Source: a bacterium
Lineage (GTDB): Bacteria > Sumerlaeota > Sumerlaeia > MVZB01
DNA: 64,000 nt
Assembly (NCBI GenBank): GCA_021372575.1
Contig: JAJFUE010000185.1
Coordinates: forward strand, 14,018-78,017
Direction: 5' to 3'
The translations under genes and the position numbers were made by a program. Positions 55,335 to 64,000 of this stretch are shown here, piece after piece (positions within the stretch are counted from its first letter, which is position 1; each line of letters opens with the position of its first letter). The notes beneath the pieces are model-generated. The model ran no database searches, had not been told where the DNA came from, and was given only the letters and a program-made list of their open reading frames with translations.

Positions 55335-57149
55335 TCAGCGCTTGGCGGGTTGCTTGACGGGCGACTCAATGAACCGGATCACGCCCATGCTGTATGCCAG
55401 CTCGATCGGTTGCTTCCCGAGCGCGTCCTTCGTGGCGACCATCCGGTAAGGGATCTTGAACTCGTCGAACCGGATGCGGTTCGACTGATAGAGGCCGAAC
55501 CAGGCTTCGACCGGTTTCTTTTTGTCGGCCAGTTCCCACATCTGCCGGCGGATCGTGCGGCTGGCCTCGACGCGGAATTTCCAGTTCACGTCCATCATCA
55601 GATAGACGTTATAGAGGAGGATTCCTGCCAGCACCCATCCCGTCCATTGCACCGGCCGCGAGGGGCAGGCTTGGGAGAGGACCAGCGCGGCGATCGGAAT
55701 CAGCCACAGGTGCGGGACGTAGCGCCCCCACCAGGCGTCGGGGTGAACAAGGGCCACGAACAGCAGGGCCACCATGAAAATGCCGCCCGCCAGCGCCATC
55801 CTCCGACTTTTCCACGCCGCGAGAGCCAGGATCACGAGCGACAGGATGAGCGCGCCGCTGTAGAGCGGACCGAATCCGCCGATGCGCAGGTCGGTTCCCT
55901 TGATGTCGCGCAATTCGTCCTCATAGATGAGGAACGGCCATTTGATCCGGGCGTTGCCGACCGAGTAAATATTACTGGTCCGGCTCAGGACCGACATCCC
56001 GAACCGCTGTAAACGATTGATATTTTTAAAGTTAGCCGGCCGGTTGCCTTCGTGGAACATCGGCGTGTTCACGTAGGCGTGTTTGCCGAAGAACGGGTGG
56101 AAGATGTGACCTTTATCCCGAATGTTGGTGATGTAAGGATTGTAGCCAATGGCCGCGATCGCGAAGATGGCGATTCCCACCGAGACCGCGCATAGCCGAT
56201 ACGCAACCGCGCGCCGGCCGGCGACAAACAACGCCACGACCAACAACCCGCCGATCAGGCACGCGAACACGACTGCCGGGATCTTGATGTGGAACAGGAT
56301 CAGGACGGCCATGGCGTAAAGAAGGTAGATCGGGCCGGACTCCGTCGCGAACAGCATCAGGCCCATGGCGATCATGATGGTCAGCATCGAGGCGATCTGG
56401 GTATCGACGTAGGTCGTAAACACCTCGACGATGCAGATCGGGTTGAGCGCCGCAAGGAGGCCGATCACGCCAATCCGGACCGGTCCCCAGGTTGGGAATA
56501 ATCGGATCAAAGTGGCGATCACCGCCAGCAACGAAGCGGCTAACAGCACGAAATTGAAAGTTTTATCCGTTTCGATGCGGCCGGTGACGAGATAGACGGC
56601 CGCGCCGGTCAGGGCCGCCGCCTTGGGCGAATAGTTGATGTACCAGGTCGTCTGGACGGTGTCGGGCAAGCCGCCGCGGAAGGGGTTCCACCCCCGCGCG
56701 AGCTGGATCGTCGTCTCCATCTGGTAGTTCTGGCCGTCGTAGGAGACATCGTAGATGCGGATGGCCGCATAGGCGCTGACCAGATAGAGGATGGTCAGCC
56801 CGGCGCCCATGCCGGCAAAAACCCGGATGAAACGCTTCGGGAAGAGGCGGCGCGCGAGCCAGAAGCCGTAAGCGGCGCTCAGGGCGGCGGCGACCCAGAA
56901 GTGAGCCCAATGCAGCGGGATGCCGGCCGCAAATCCCGCGCAGCCAAGGACGAGGATCGCGGCGTAATGGAACACGACGACCGACGCGGCGAGGAAGCAG
57001 GCCGATTCGATCCGGGCGCGCAATGGTTGCGCGCAGGCACTTCCGCCGTTGGTCCGGTCACACTGAGTAGATGTTAAAACCATTGATGCTTCACTGGTTG
57101 CCCACGATGAATTCTCGTTAATCTGCCTGAACTCGTCGCACCATGTCAA
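55335..57149 (-). CDS. Large polytopic membrane protein, possibly a GT-C-type glycosyltransferase
   Basis: More than 10 hydrophobic helices over ~580 aa. It neighbours a GT2 polyprenol-phosphate glycosyltransferase. No diagnostic motif was read, so the function is inferred from context. The start may be at 57083. Confidence 0.5.
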   Translation of the reverse strand: MTWCDEFRQINENSSWATSEASMVLTSTQCDRTNGGSACAQPLRARIESACFLAASVVVFHYAAILVLGCAGFAAGIPLHWAHFWVAAALSAAYGFWLARRLFPKRFIRVFAGMGAGLTILYLVSAYAAIRIYDVSYDGQNYQMETTIQLARGWNPFRGGLPDTVQTTWYINYSPKAAALTGAAVYLVTGRIETDKTFNFVLLAASLLAVIATLIRLFPTWGPVRIGVIGLLAALNPICIVEVFTTYVDTQIASMLTIMIAMGLMLFATESGPIYLLYAMAVLILFHIKIPAVVFACLIGGLLVVALFVAGRRAVAYRLCAVSVGIAIFAIAAIGYNPYITNIRDKGHIFHPFFGKHAYVNTPMFHEGNRPANFKNINRLQRFGMSVLSRTSNIYSVGNARIKWPFLIYEDELRDIKGTDLRIGGFGPLYSGALILSLVILALAAWKSRRMALAGGIFMVALLFVALVHPDAWWGRYVPHLWLIPIAALVLSQACPSRPVQWTGWVLAGILLYNVYLMMDVNWKFRVEASRTIRRQMWELADKKKPVEAWFGLYQSNRIRFDEFKIPYRMVATKDALGKQPIELAYSMGVIRFIESPVKQPAKR

Positions 57150-57343
57150 TTATGTAATGCCGCAGGTTGCCCGGGAAGGGTTTTGGAAGGATGATTGATT
57201 GCGCTGATTGAACTTGGCAGGCGGCCGGGGTGCGGTCAATTGGCTTGCCACCACCCGGGCCGCGTGATATTTTGAGGCCGAACTCGCTGATTAGCCGCGG
57301 GGCGTTTTTCACGGACGCGATGGGATTCGCAACAAGGGGCGAC

Positions 57344-58513
57344 ATGTTTTTTTCCGCATCCACCAAGTTGAAATTGTTGCGGGCGGCGCTCTTCAAGGAC
57401 ACGCCGATTTACGTGCAGTTCTTCGTGACGGCGCGCTGCAACCTGACCTGCACGTCCTGCAACGTCATCTACGCCAACTCCGACGTGCGCGAGTGCACGC
57501 TGGACGAGGTCAAGCGCATTGCCGACAACCTGGCCGAGGTCGGGGTGGCGATCGTGCTGCTGACCGGCGGCGAGCCGTTCGCGCGCAAGGACCTGCCGGA
57601 GATCATCCGCGAGTTCGAGACGCGCGGCATTCACGTGCGGATGCAGACCAACGGCATGGCGACCGAGGAGCAGATCCAGCGCGCGATCGAGTTCGGCGGC
57701 CATGACATCTCGATTTCGCTCGATTCGCTGTGGCCCGAGACGCAGAACAAGCGCAATGGCGGCTTCGCCGGCTCGTGGGAAAAGGCCGTTCAGGCGATGG
57801 CGAACTTCACGAAGCACCTGCCCAAGGACGGCAGCTTCGCCTCGCTGGGGTGCGTCCTGCAGCGCGACAACCTGACGCATGTGGAGGACGTAATCCGGTT
57901 CGGGACCGAGATCGGCTGGTTCACGTCGTTCGTGCCGATCCATGTGACGGATAATTTGCACCCGATGAGCTTCCGGTCGTTCGACCAGAGTTTGAGGTTC
58001 AAGCCGGAGGAATACCCGAAGGTGGACGCCGTCGTCGAGCGGATCCGCCAGATGCGCAAAGAGGGCTACCTGCTTTACGACAGCGACCAGTTCCTGGACG
58101 ACGTCAAGCGCTTCGTGCGCGACGAGCCGACGACGTGGCGCAGCAAGCACGGCGGCGTGTGCGACAGCCCGTTTTTGTATTTCGCGATCCTGCCCAACGG
58201 CGAGTTCGCGCCGTGCGTCGATCACCGGCTCGGCACGTTCGCGACCGTCGCGGGGCCCGAGTTCAAGAAGCTGTATCATGATCCGGTGTTCAGGGAGTCG
58301 GTGCGGCGCAAGACGTCGGCCTGCCCGGGGTGCATGTTCGGCAGCTACCCGGAGATGACGATCACGATGCGGTTCCTGGCGGCCAAGCTGCAGAGGACGA
58401 AGGTGTTCTTCACGTCGCCGCCGAAGAAGCCGTGGCCGATGACGTACGAGCAGATGGCCGGGATCGCCGAGCGGATCCGAAACGAACGGCGCGACCGCGC
58501 GGGGGTGGCCTGA
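57344..58513 (+). CDS. Radical SAM protein with C-terminal SPASM/twitch-like Cys cluster
   Basis: FVTARCNLTCTSCNV (CxxxCxxC), LLTGGEPF, and C-terminal CDSP...APCVDH...CPGCMFGSYPE. Confidence 0.8.
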   Translation: MFFSASTKLKLLRAALFKDTPIYVQFFVTARCNLTCTSCNVIYANSDVRECTLDEVKRIADNLAEVGVAIVLLTGGEPFARKDLPEIIREFETRGIHVRMQTNGMATEEQIQRAIEFGGHDISISLDSLWPETQNKRNGGFAGSWEKAVQAMANFTKHLPKDGSFASLGCVLQRDNLTHVEDVIRFGTEIGWFTSFVPIHVTDNLHPMSFRSFDQSLRFKPEEYPKVDAVVERIRQMRKEGYLLYDSDQFLDDVKRFVRDEPTTWRSKHGGVCDSPFLYFAILPNGEFAPCVDHRLGTFATVAGPEFKKLYHDPVFRESVRRKTSACPGCMFGSYPEMTITMRFLAAKLQRTKVFFTSPPKKPWPMTYEQMAGIAERIRNERRDRAGVA

Positions 58514-58516
58514 GCC

Positions 58517-59713
58517 ATGCCGAAGAAAATCGCATTCGAAAGCGCACGCACGCTGTTCCTGATGGCCGCGAGGCAGATCGTGGAGTCCGAACAGATTTTA
58601 AAGTCGGATTCCTGCGCGCAGTGGGAAAAATTCATCCAGTCGCTCGAGTTCGATTACGCCGGCGACGGCGTCGTGAACGTGAAGTGGAGCGTGCCCGCGG
58701 CGGGCGAATCGAGGTTCACGATCGACCGCGCCATGCTGCACCGGCGCGGCGACGACGTGAACGCCAACCAGATCCAGGCGCCGGTCGATGAGATCAAGCA
58801 GGCCAACAGCCGGCATTACCTGGAAGCGGTTTTGAAGATCGCGGGCGAGGCGGGGATCCGGCCGAGCGCGGCCAACCATGCCGTCGCGTCGATGAGCGGC
58901 GGCACGGATATTTCGACCGACCTCGAGGAGGCGTTCCACGACGAGTGGGCCAACACCGAGGACCCGAAGAGCATCGACGTGCGACTGATGAACGAGGCGA
59001 ACACGGCCCCCGAGATGCGCCACATCCGGCAACGGCTCGGCGATCTAAAAGGAAAGACATTGTTGGACGTCGGCTGCGGCCTGGGCGAGGCCGGCGTGTA
59101 TTTCGCGATGGAAGGGGCCGACGTCACCGTCACCGACCTGTCGCAGAAGATGCTCGACGCGGCGGCGGAGCTTGGGAAATGCAACGGCGTGACGGTCAAG
59201 ACGCACAAGGCGTCGGCGGAGTCGCTCAACCTGCCGCCCGACCGCAAGTTCGATATTATTTACGCGGGGAATTTGCTGCACCACGTGCAGATCGACAAGA
59301 CGCTCGAGACCCTGATCCCGCACCTGGCCGAGGGCGGCGTGTTTGTAAGCTGGGACCCGGTGCAGTATAATCCGATCATCAATGTGTATCGCATGATGGC
59401 GACAAAGGTGCGCACGCCGGGGGAACATCCGCTGCGCCTGCGCGACATCGGCACGTTCCGCAGGTATTTCGCCGACGTCGAGACGCGGTGGTTCTGGCTG
59501 ACGACGCTCATCATTTTCATCCTGATGGCGGTCCTCCAGCGGCGGAACCCGAACAAGGAACGCTACTGGAAAAAAATCGTGGAGGAGGGGAAACGCTGGG
59601 CATGGCTATACAATCCACTGGAACGCCTGGACAGCATCCTTCTGAGATGGCTGCCGTTTCTGCGACCCCTGTGCTGGAACGTGGCGATTCTTGCCCGCCG
59701 GCCGAAGCGTTGA
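58517..59713 (+). CDS. Class I SAM-dependent methyltransferase with a C-terminal membrane segment
   Basis: LLDVGCGLGEAGVYFAMEGADVTVTDLS is motif I. The C-terminal part has WFWLTTLIIFILMAVL. Confidence 0.75.
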   Translation: MPKKIAFESARTLFLMAARQIVESEQILKSDSCAQWEKFIQSLEFDYAGDGVVNVKWSVPAAGESRFTIDRAMLHRRGDDVNANQIQAPVDEIKQANSRHYLEAVLKIAGEAGIRPSAANHAVASMSGGTDISTDLEEAFHDEWANTEDPKSIDVRLMNEANTAPEMRHIRQRLGDLKGKTLLDVGCGLGEAGVYFAMEGADVTVTDLSQKMLDAAAELGKCNGVTVKTHKASAESLNLPPDRKFDIIYAGNLLHHVQIDKTLETLIPHLAEGGVFVSWDPVQYNPIINVYRMMATKVRTPGEHPLRLRDIGTFRRYFADVETRWFWLTTLIIFILMAVLQRRNPNKERYWKKIVEEGKRWAWLYNPLERLDSILLRWLPFLRPLCWNVAILARRPKR

Positions 59714-60666
59714 AGCAGCCTGACCTCTCGATCGTCGTGCCGTGCCACAACGAGGAGGAGAACGTCCCCGAGTTCGTGAGCCGGACGCGGGCCGTCGTGG
59801 AGAAACTCGGCCTCACGCATGAAATTATTCTAGTGAATGACGGCAGCCGCGACCGGACGCTCGAGGTCGCGCTGGGGCAGATGGAGACGTGCCCGCAGCT
59901 GCGCGTGATCGACTTCAGCCGCAACTTCGGGCACCAGGCGGCGGTGACGGCCGGGATCGACCTCGCGCGCGGCAAGGCCGTGATCCTGATCGACGCCGAC
60001 CTGCAGGACCCGCCCGAAGTCATCGAGCAGATGGTCCAGGAGTGGCGCGCGGGGAACGACCTGGTCTATTGCCAGCGCCGCAAGCGCGAGGGCGAAACCG
60101 CGTTCAAGCTCATCACGGCGAAGGCCTTTTATCGTTTCCTGAACTTCATGTCGAACACGCGGATCCCCGAGGACACGGGGGACTTCCGCCTGATGGACAG
60201 AAAAGTCGTCGAGAGCTTGAAAGGGATGCGCGAGCATCACCGGTTCATCCGCGGCATGGCGTGCTGGGTCGGTTACCGGCAGAAGGCGCTGCTTTACGAC
60301 CGCAAGGCGCGCCACGCGGGGACGACGAATTATCCGTTCCGCAAGATGCTGGCGTTCTCGATCGACGCGATCACGTCGTTCTCGGTCAAGCCGCTGCGCA
60401 TTTTGAGTTACATGGGGATCGGCATCGTCACGATATCGCTGCTGATGACGCTCATCGTCGTCGCGGTCAAGCTGCTGTTCCCGCACTACTTCATCCCCGG
60501 CTTCCCGGTGATCGTGATCCTGATCATGTTCCTCGGCGGCCTGCAGATCTTCGCGACCGGCATCATCGGCGAATACATCGGGCGCATTTACGAGGAAGCC
60601 AAGGGCCGGCCGCTATACCTGATCAACCAGGTCTATGCGAAACCCGACAAGCCCGAGGACAAATAA
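59647..60666 (+). CDS. GT2 polyprenol-phosphate glycosyltransferase (ArnC/DPM1-like) with two C-terminal TM helices
   Basis: LSIVVPCHNEEENV, VNDGSRDRT, IDADLQDPPE (DxD). The start is ambiguous: ATG at 59647, or TTG at 59710 overlapping the upstream stop. Confidence 0.8.
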   Translation: MAAVSATPVLERGDSCPPAEALKQPDLSIVVPCHNEEENVPEFVSRTRAVVEKLGLTHEIILVNDGSRDRTLEVALGQMETCPQLRVIDFSRNFGHQAAVTAGIDLARGKAVILIDADLQDPPEVIEQMVQEWRAGNDLVYCQRRKREGETAFKLITAKAFYRFLNFMSNTRIPEDTGDFRLMDRKVVESLKGMREHHRFIRGMACWVGYRQKALLYDRKARHAGTTNYPFRKMLAFSIDAITSFSVKPLRILSYMGIGIVTISLLMTLIVVAVKLLFPHYFIPGFPVIVILIMFLGGLQIFATGIIGEYIGRIYEEAKGRPLYLINQVYAKPDKPEDK

Positions 60667-60668
60667 CC

Positions 60669-62387
60669 ATGAACGTCTTCATCACGGGCGCCACCGGATT
60701 TGTCGGCCGCTACCTCGTCGAGACGATGCTGGCCGACGAGCGCTTCGCGGGGGCGGACATTTACTGCCTCGTGCGCGACGAACGCAAGCTCTCCGACTCG
60801 ATCAGGGACAAGATCAAGATCCTGGCCGGGGGCAGCTCCGACATGGAGCGCCACGCCGAAACGATTGCCGGTTGCGAATACATCTTCCACGTCGCGGCGC
60901 TGGCGACGTTCGGGAACAATTTGCCGTATGAACGCGACAACGTGGAGTTCACGCGCAAGCTGATCGAGATCGCGCGGCGCTCGACGGTGCTCAAGCGCTT
61001 TGTGTTCACGAGCACGATCGGCGCAGTCGATCGCCAGCCGCAGGATGATTGTTCAAAACCGCTCGACGAATCGACGCCGCCCAACCCGATGTCCGATTAC
61101 GGGCGATCGAAGCTCGAGTGCGAACGGATGCTCGGCCAGTCGGGCCTGCCGTTCGCGATCGTGCGGCCGACGTGGGTCTATGGCCCGCACATGCGCAAGC
61201 AGAGCCACGTGCGGGTGTTCATCGACGCGGTGGCGGAAGGCAAGCCGTTCACCAAAATCGATTTTCCCGGCCGCATCTCGATGATCCACGCGAGCGACCT
61301 CGCGCAGGCGCTGCTGCTGACGGCCGTGCATCCCGACGCGCAGAACAAGACCTACTTCGCGTCCGACGGCCGGCCGATCTCGCTGGGCGGCCTGTTCAAG
61401 TCGATCGCGCGCGCCATCGGCGGCTCGGCGGCCTCGATCAGGATCGGGCTCGGCATCCCGGCGGTGATGCGCAAGCTGCGCCCGTATATGCCGTTTGCCG
61501 CGCAGAACCTGTTCAGCGACGTCCTGTGCGCCTCGGCCGACCGGCTGTTCGAGCTTGGGTTCAAGCCGCGCGTGGCGCAGTATCAGGGCATCGTGGAGAC
61601 GGCGCGCTGGCATTTCCGCGAGGCGCTGAACGGCCGCACGCTGGCGATCGTGACCGGCGGCGCCGGCGGGATCGGCCGCGAAATCTGCCGGCAGCTCACC
61701 GGCCGCGGCTACGATATCGCCATCGTGGATTACAACGCCGAGGCCGCGCAGAGAGCCGCGGAGGAACTGGGCGGCGAGTATCTCGTGGCCGACCTCGGCG
61801 CCGACGAAGGATTGCAATCGGTGTGCGACCTGATCGAGCGCAACGCCGACCGGCTGGGGGTGATGATCAACAACGCGGGGATCGGCCGGCGCGGGCCGCT
61901 CGACGAGCTCTCGGCCGACGACCTCGCGCGGCTGCTCAAGATCAACTCGATGGCGCCGATGATCCTGTCGCGCGCGGCGCTGGCGGCGTTCCGCCCGGCC
62001 GGACGCGGCACGATCGTGAACATCGGCTCCTCGGCGGCGTATCAGCCGCTGCCGTACATGGCGGCCTACGCGGCGTCGAAGGCGTTCGTCGTGAACTTCA
62101 CGGAATCGCTGATCGGCGAGCTGCTGGGGACGAAGATCGAAGTGATCATGGCCTCGCCGTCGGGGACGAACACGCAGTTCCAAGTCTCGTCGGGCGTCAA
62201 GAACGAGGATGCGGCCAAGCTGCTCAAGCCCGAGCAGGTGGCGTCGGCTATCGTCAGGCGGATCGGCAAAGGCAGCCGCACGTTCATTATCGGCCGCAGC
62301 GGCCTGGCGATGATGCTTGTGGGGCGGATGCTCCCCAAGGCGATCCAAGTCCGGTTGTGGCAACGATTGATGACGAAAATGCGCTAG
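60669..62387 (+). CDS. Fusion of an extended SDR (NAD-dependent epimerase/dehydratase-like) and a classical SDR
   Basis: N-terminal ITGATGFVGRYL with YGRSK. The second domain has IVTGGAGGIGREI, NNAG and YAASK. Confidence 0.8.
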   Translation: MNVFITGATGFVGRYLVETMLADERFAGADIYCLVRDERKLSDSIRDKIKILAGGSSDMERHAETIAGCEYIFHVAALATFGNNLPYERDNVEFTRKLIEIARRSTVLKRFVFTSTIGAVDRQPQDDCSKPLDESTPPNPMSDYGRSKLECERMLGQSGLPFAIVRPTWVYGPHMRKQSHVRVFIDAVAEGKPFTKIDFPGRISMIHASDLAQALLLTAVHPDAQNKTYFASDGRPISLGGLFKSIARAIGGSAASIRIGLGIPAVMRKLRPYMPFAAQNLFSDVLCASADRLFELGFKPRVAQYQGIVETARWHFREALNGRTLAIVTGGAGGIGREICRQLTGRGYDIAIVDYNAEAAQRAAEELGGEYLVADLGADEGLQSVCDLIERNADRLGVMINNAGIGRRGPLDELSADDLARLLKINSMAPMILSRAALAAFRPAGRGTIVNIGSSAAYQPLPYMAAYAASKAFVVNFTESLIGELLGTKIEVIMASPSGTNTQFQVSSGVKNEDAAKLLKPEQVASAIVRRIGKGSRTFIIGRSGLAMMLVGRMLPKAIQVRLWQRLMTKMR

Positions 62388-62553
62388 TCTCGCCAAAAGA
62401 AAGCATGAATGGCAAGGTGTCAATCAGTCGAGTTTGATATATCCTTCAAGGCAGGATGGTTTTTTGGGCGCAAAACCAACATCTAAAAGTTTTAATTTGA
62501 CTTGCGCCGTCAACGCGCGATAATCCTGTGTTCTTTATTTTTCGAAAGGACCC

Positions 62554-62787
62554 ATGTTTCAGATGTTCAAGTTAACACCATTCGTCGCAATCATGGCCGC
62601 CATGTTTTTCATCTCCGGCAATGACGCCCATGCATACCTCGATCCCGGCACCGGAAGCATATTCCTCCAGGTGATCCTCTCGGTGTTTTTCGGCGCAATC
62701 CTGATGCTCAAAGTGTTCTGGCAGAATATCAAGGCGTTCGTGCAGTCGATTTTCGTCCGCCGCTCGCCGGACCACGAAGATCAGTGA
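62554..62787 (+). CDS. Small membrane protein
   Basis: Two hydrophobic helices flank YLDPGTGS. It is followed by a strong terminator hairpin. Confidence 0.4.
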   Translation: MFQMFKLTPFVAIMAAMFFISGNDAHAYLDPGTGSIFLQVILSVFFGAILMLKVFWQNIKAFVQSIFVRRSPDHEDQ

Positions 62788-62792
62788 ATTTC

Positions 62793-62819
62793 CATGCCGC
62801 TTTCGGCGAAAGCGGCATG
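62793..62819 (+). terminator. Hairpin terminator
   Basis: CATGCCGCTTTCG-G-CGAAAGCGGCATG is a perfect inverted repeat. Confidence 0.55.
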
Positions 62820-62880
62820 AATGCAGCAGCCCGAGCGTGAGCGAGGGACTCGCCATTCGCACGGTGCATGCAATTCAAAT

Positions 62881-62901
62881 GTCGCTTCGAGCCGAAGCGA
62901 C
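62881..62901 (-). terminator. Hairpin after the convergent sulfatase-like gene
   Basis: GTCGCTTCG-AGC-CGAAGCGAC, 24 nt beyond the stop at 62925. Confidence 0.45.
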
Positions 62902-62924
62902 CTGCTGACGAATTAAAATCAAGT

Positions 62925-64000
62925 CTATTTCACAAGGCGCAGCTCGGGCCGGCGCACGCGCGCAGCGGCGGCGATTCCCCAGTCGTAGCCGCGCTCGATG
63001 TAGCCGGCGGCCTCGACCTGCACCTTCATGGCCGTCTCGGGCGTTGAGGCGCGGAAGCGGTAACGCACCTTGTTCCAGCCCATGAAATCGTCGCCGCTGA
63101 TGTCGTGGCTCCAAATCCGCTTATTGCCCAGATAGACCGTCTGGATGAACCGGCCGGGGAACTTATTGTCGTTGTACGGGTCGCGGATTTCGACGCTCAG
63201 CTCGTATTCGCGGCCGGGCTTGAGTTTGGCGATCGGGATTTCGATGCCGATATAGTCGCGCCAGTGCGGATCGCGGTCGCGGAACATGATGCGAATATCG
63301 TCCTGATTTTCGGCCGCAAAGTACCACAGCGGCGTGGTGGCGGCGGACTCGGTGTAGAATTTCGGATTGCCGAAGAATTTGTTGTTCCGGCCGAGGAACT
63401 CGGTGAAATCTTTCGTTTCGCCCTCGGCGGTCGGGTAGAAAATGGCGCCCGTCTTGCGCCATGAACCGTTGAACCAGCTGAAGCCGCGGGCTTCGTATTC
63501 CTCGAATGGCGGCACATGGCGAAGCTTGTTGGCATCGACGAACAGGCTGTAGTGGCGGCGCACGCGCTGCGAGTCGGCGGCGACCGTCAGCATCGAGTCG
63601 TCCGGCCCGACCTTGGCCAGACCGACCGCCGAAAGCACGGTCGCCGGCAAATCGCCCAGGCTGACGGGGGCGTCGGAAATCTTCAGGTCGCCGGTGGCGC
63701 CGAACGGCTTGATCAGCACCAGCGGCAGGCTCTTGGGCGGGACCGTTTCGGCCGGGGCGCGATTCGGGTCGCCGCCCACGCCGGCCGTCGATGCGTCGGC
63801 CGGGAAGACGCTTCCGTGATCGCCGATGACGACAATCATCGATTTGTCGTAGATGCCGCACTGGCGCAGGGTCTCGAGGAATCGACCCATGATCTTGACG
63901 CACGCCTCGCCCTGGCGGCGCATGTTGGCGGGCGTCGCGTCCATCGCCTCGTAATGCAGGTCCTCGTTCAGGCGGAACGGCTCGTGGTTGCCGACGAGGT
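62925..64000 (-). CDS. Sulfatase-fold (alkaline-phosphatase superfamily, LTA-synthase/PEtN-transferase-like) protein, N-terminus outside the window
   Basis: MIVVIGDHGS motif. The frame stays open upstream of the listed Met to the window edge (...LVGNHEPFRLNEDLHYEA). A beta-rich C-terminal domain follows. Confidence 0.65.
   Translation of the reverse strand, partial: LVGNHEPFRLNEDLHYEAMDATPANMRRQGEACVKIMGRFLETLRQCGIYDKSMIVVIGDHGSVFPADASTAGVGGDPNRAPAETVPPKSLPLVLIKPFGATGDLKISDAPVSLGDLPATVLSAVGLAKVGPDDSMLTVAADSQRVRRHYSLFVDANKLRHVPPFEEYEARGFSWFNGSWRKTGAIFYPTAEGETKDFTEFLGRNNKFFGNPKFYTESAATTPLWYFAAENQDDIRIMFRDRDPHWRDYIGIEIPIAKLKPGREYELSVEIRDPYNDNKFPGRFIQTVYLGNKRIWSHDISGDDFMGWNKVRYRFRASTPETAMKVQVEAAGYIERGYDWGIAAAARVRRPELRLVK

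Noticed and set aside
57236-62423. Long minus-strand ORFs 57236-58279, 59830-60486 and 61053-62423, plus the plus-strand ORF 61049-62437 and the 59889-60668 N-terminal extension of the SDR ORF.
   Set aside because: All overlap, in antisense or out of frame, plus-strand genes with strong motifs (radical SAM, GT2, SDR). Their translations are Arg/Pro/Gly-rich without motifs, so I treat them as GC-rich shadow ORFs.
1-64000. I looked for CRISPR arrays, rRNA genes, IS elements or transposases, and additional tRNAs.
   Set aside because: I saw no regularly spaced short direct repeats, no rRNA-like conserved stretches, and no DDE or serine-recombinase motifs in any ORF. The only tRNA-like sequences are the tRNA-Asp and its two partial copies.

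Overview
This is a 64-kb window from a GC-rich Gram-negative genome. All GC statements here are by-eye estimates, roughly 60% in the presumed core. The gene content (Ser-type sulfatase with anSME, DUF1573, ECF sigma/anti-sigma pairs, T2SS pseudopilins) resembles PVC-group bacteria, but that is only a guess.

The window opens with an intact tRNA-Asp(GUC) at 77-154. Its 3' 49 bp recur perfectly at 39456-39504 and in degenerate form at 55151-55195. Each copy has its own terminator hairpin, and the two downstream copies share a ~165-bp arm. I read this as two integrative islands inserted in tandem at tRNA-Asp, with only a decayed integrase fragment left.

Island A (~0.16-39.5 kb) is a compositional mosaic:
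- an NtrC-type two-component pair;
- a low-GC minus-strand block (4.5-17.5 kb) with two paralogous ECF sigma/anti-sigma pairs, a Cys-rich exported protein carrying a textbook double-glycine motif, a signal-anchored C39-like peptidase fused to DUF1573/Ig-like repeats, a MauE-thioredoxin fusion, and beta-helix/TPR proteins;
- a divergent 11-gene type II secretion operon (17.8-28.4 kb);
- a second low-GC block of three orphan secreted proteins;
- a GC-rich SNF2 / SWIM / ERCC4 / AbiE module.

A promoter-like motif, ATGTTA-N14/15-TCGACAT, occurs before both anti-sigma genes and before the first orphan secreted gene. It ties the two low-GC flanks of the T2SS into one putative regulon, and this is my best candidate for an undescribed system.

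Island B (39.5-55.2 kb) carries DUF523, macro and DUF2293 genes, ecotin, a histidine kinase, a 27-aa-repeat protein, an orphan outer-membrane factor, a Ser-type sulfatase with anSME, and a sigma54 activator. The last 9 kb is an envelope glycan/lipid modification cluster.

No rRNA, CRISPR array or transposase was seen. No database searches were run; every family call rests on motifs read from the translations.
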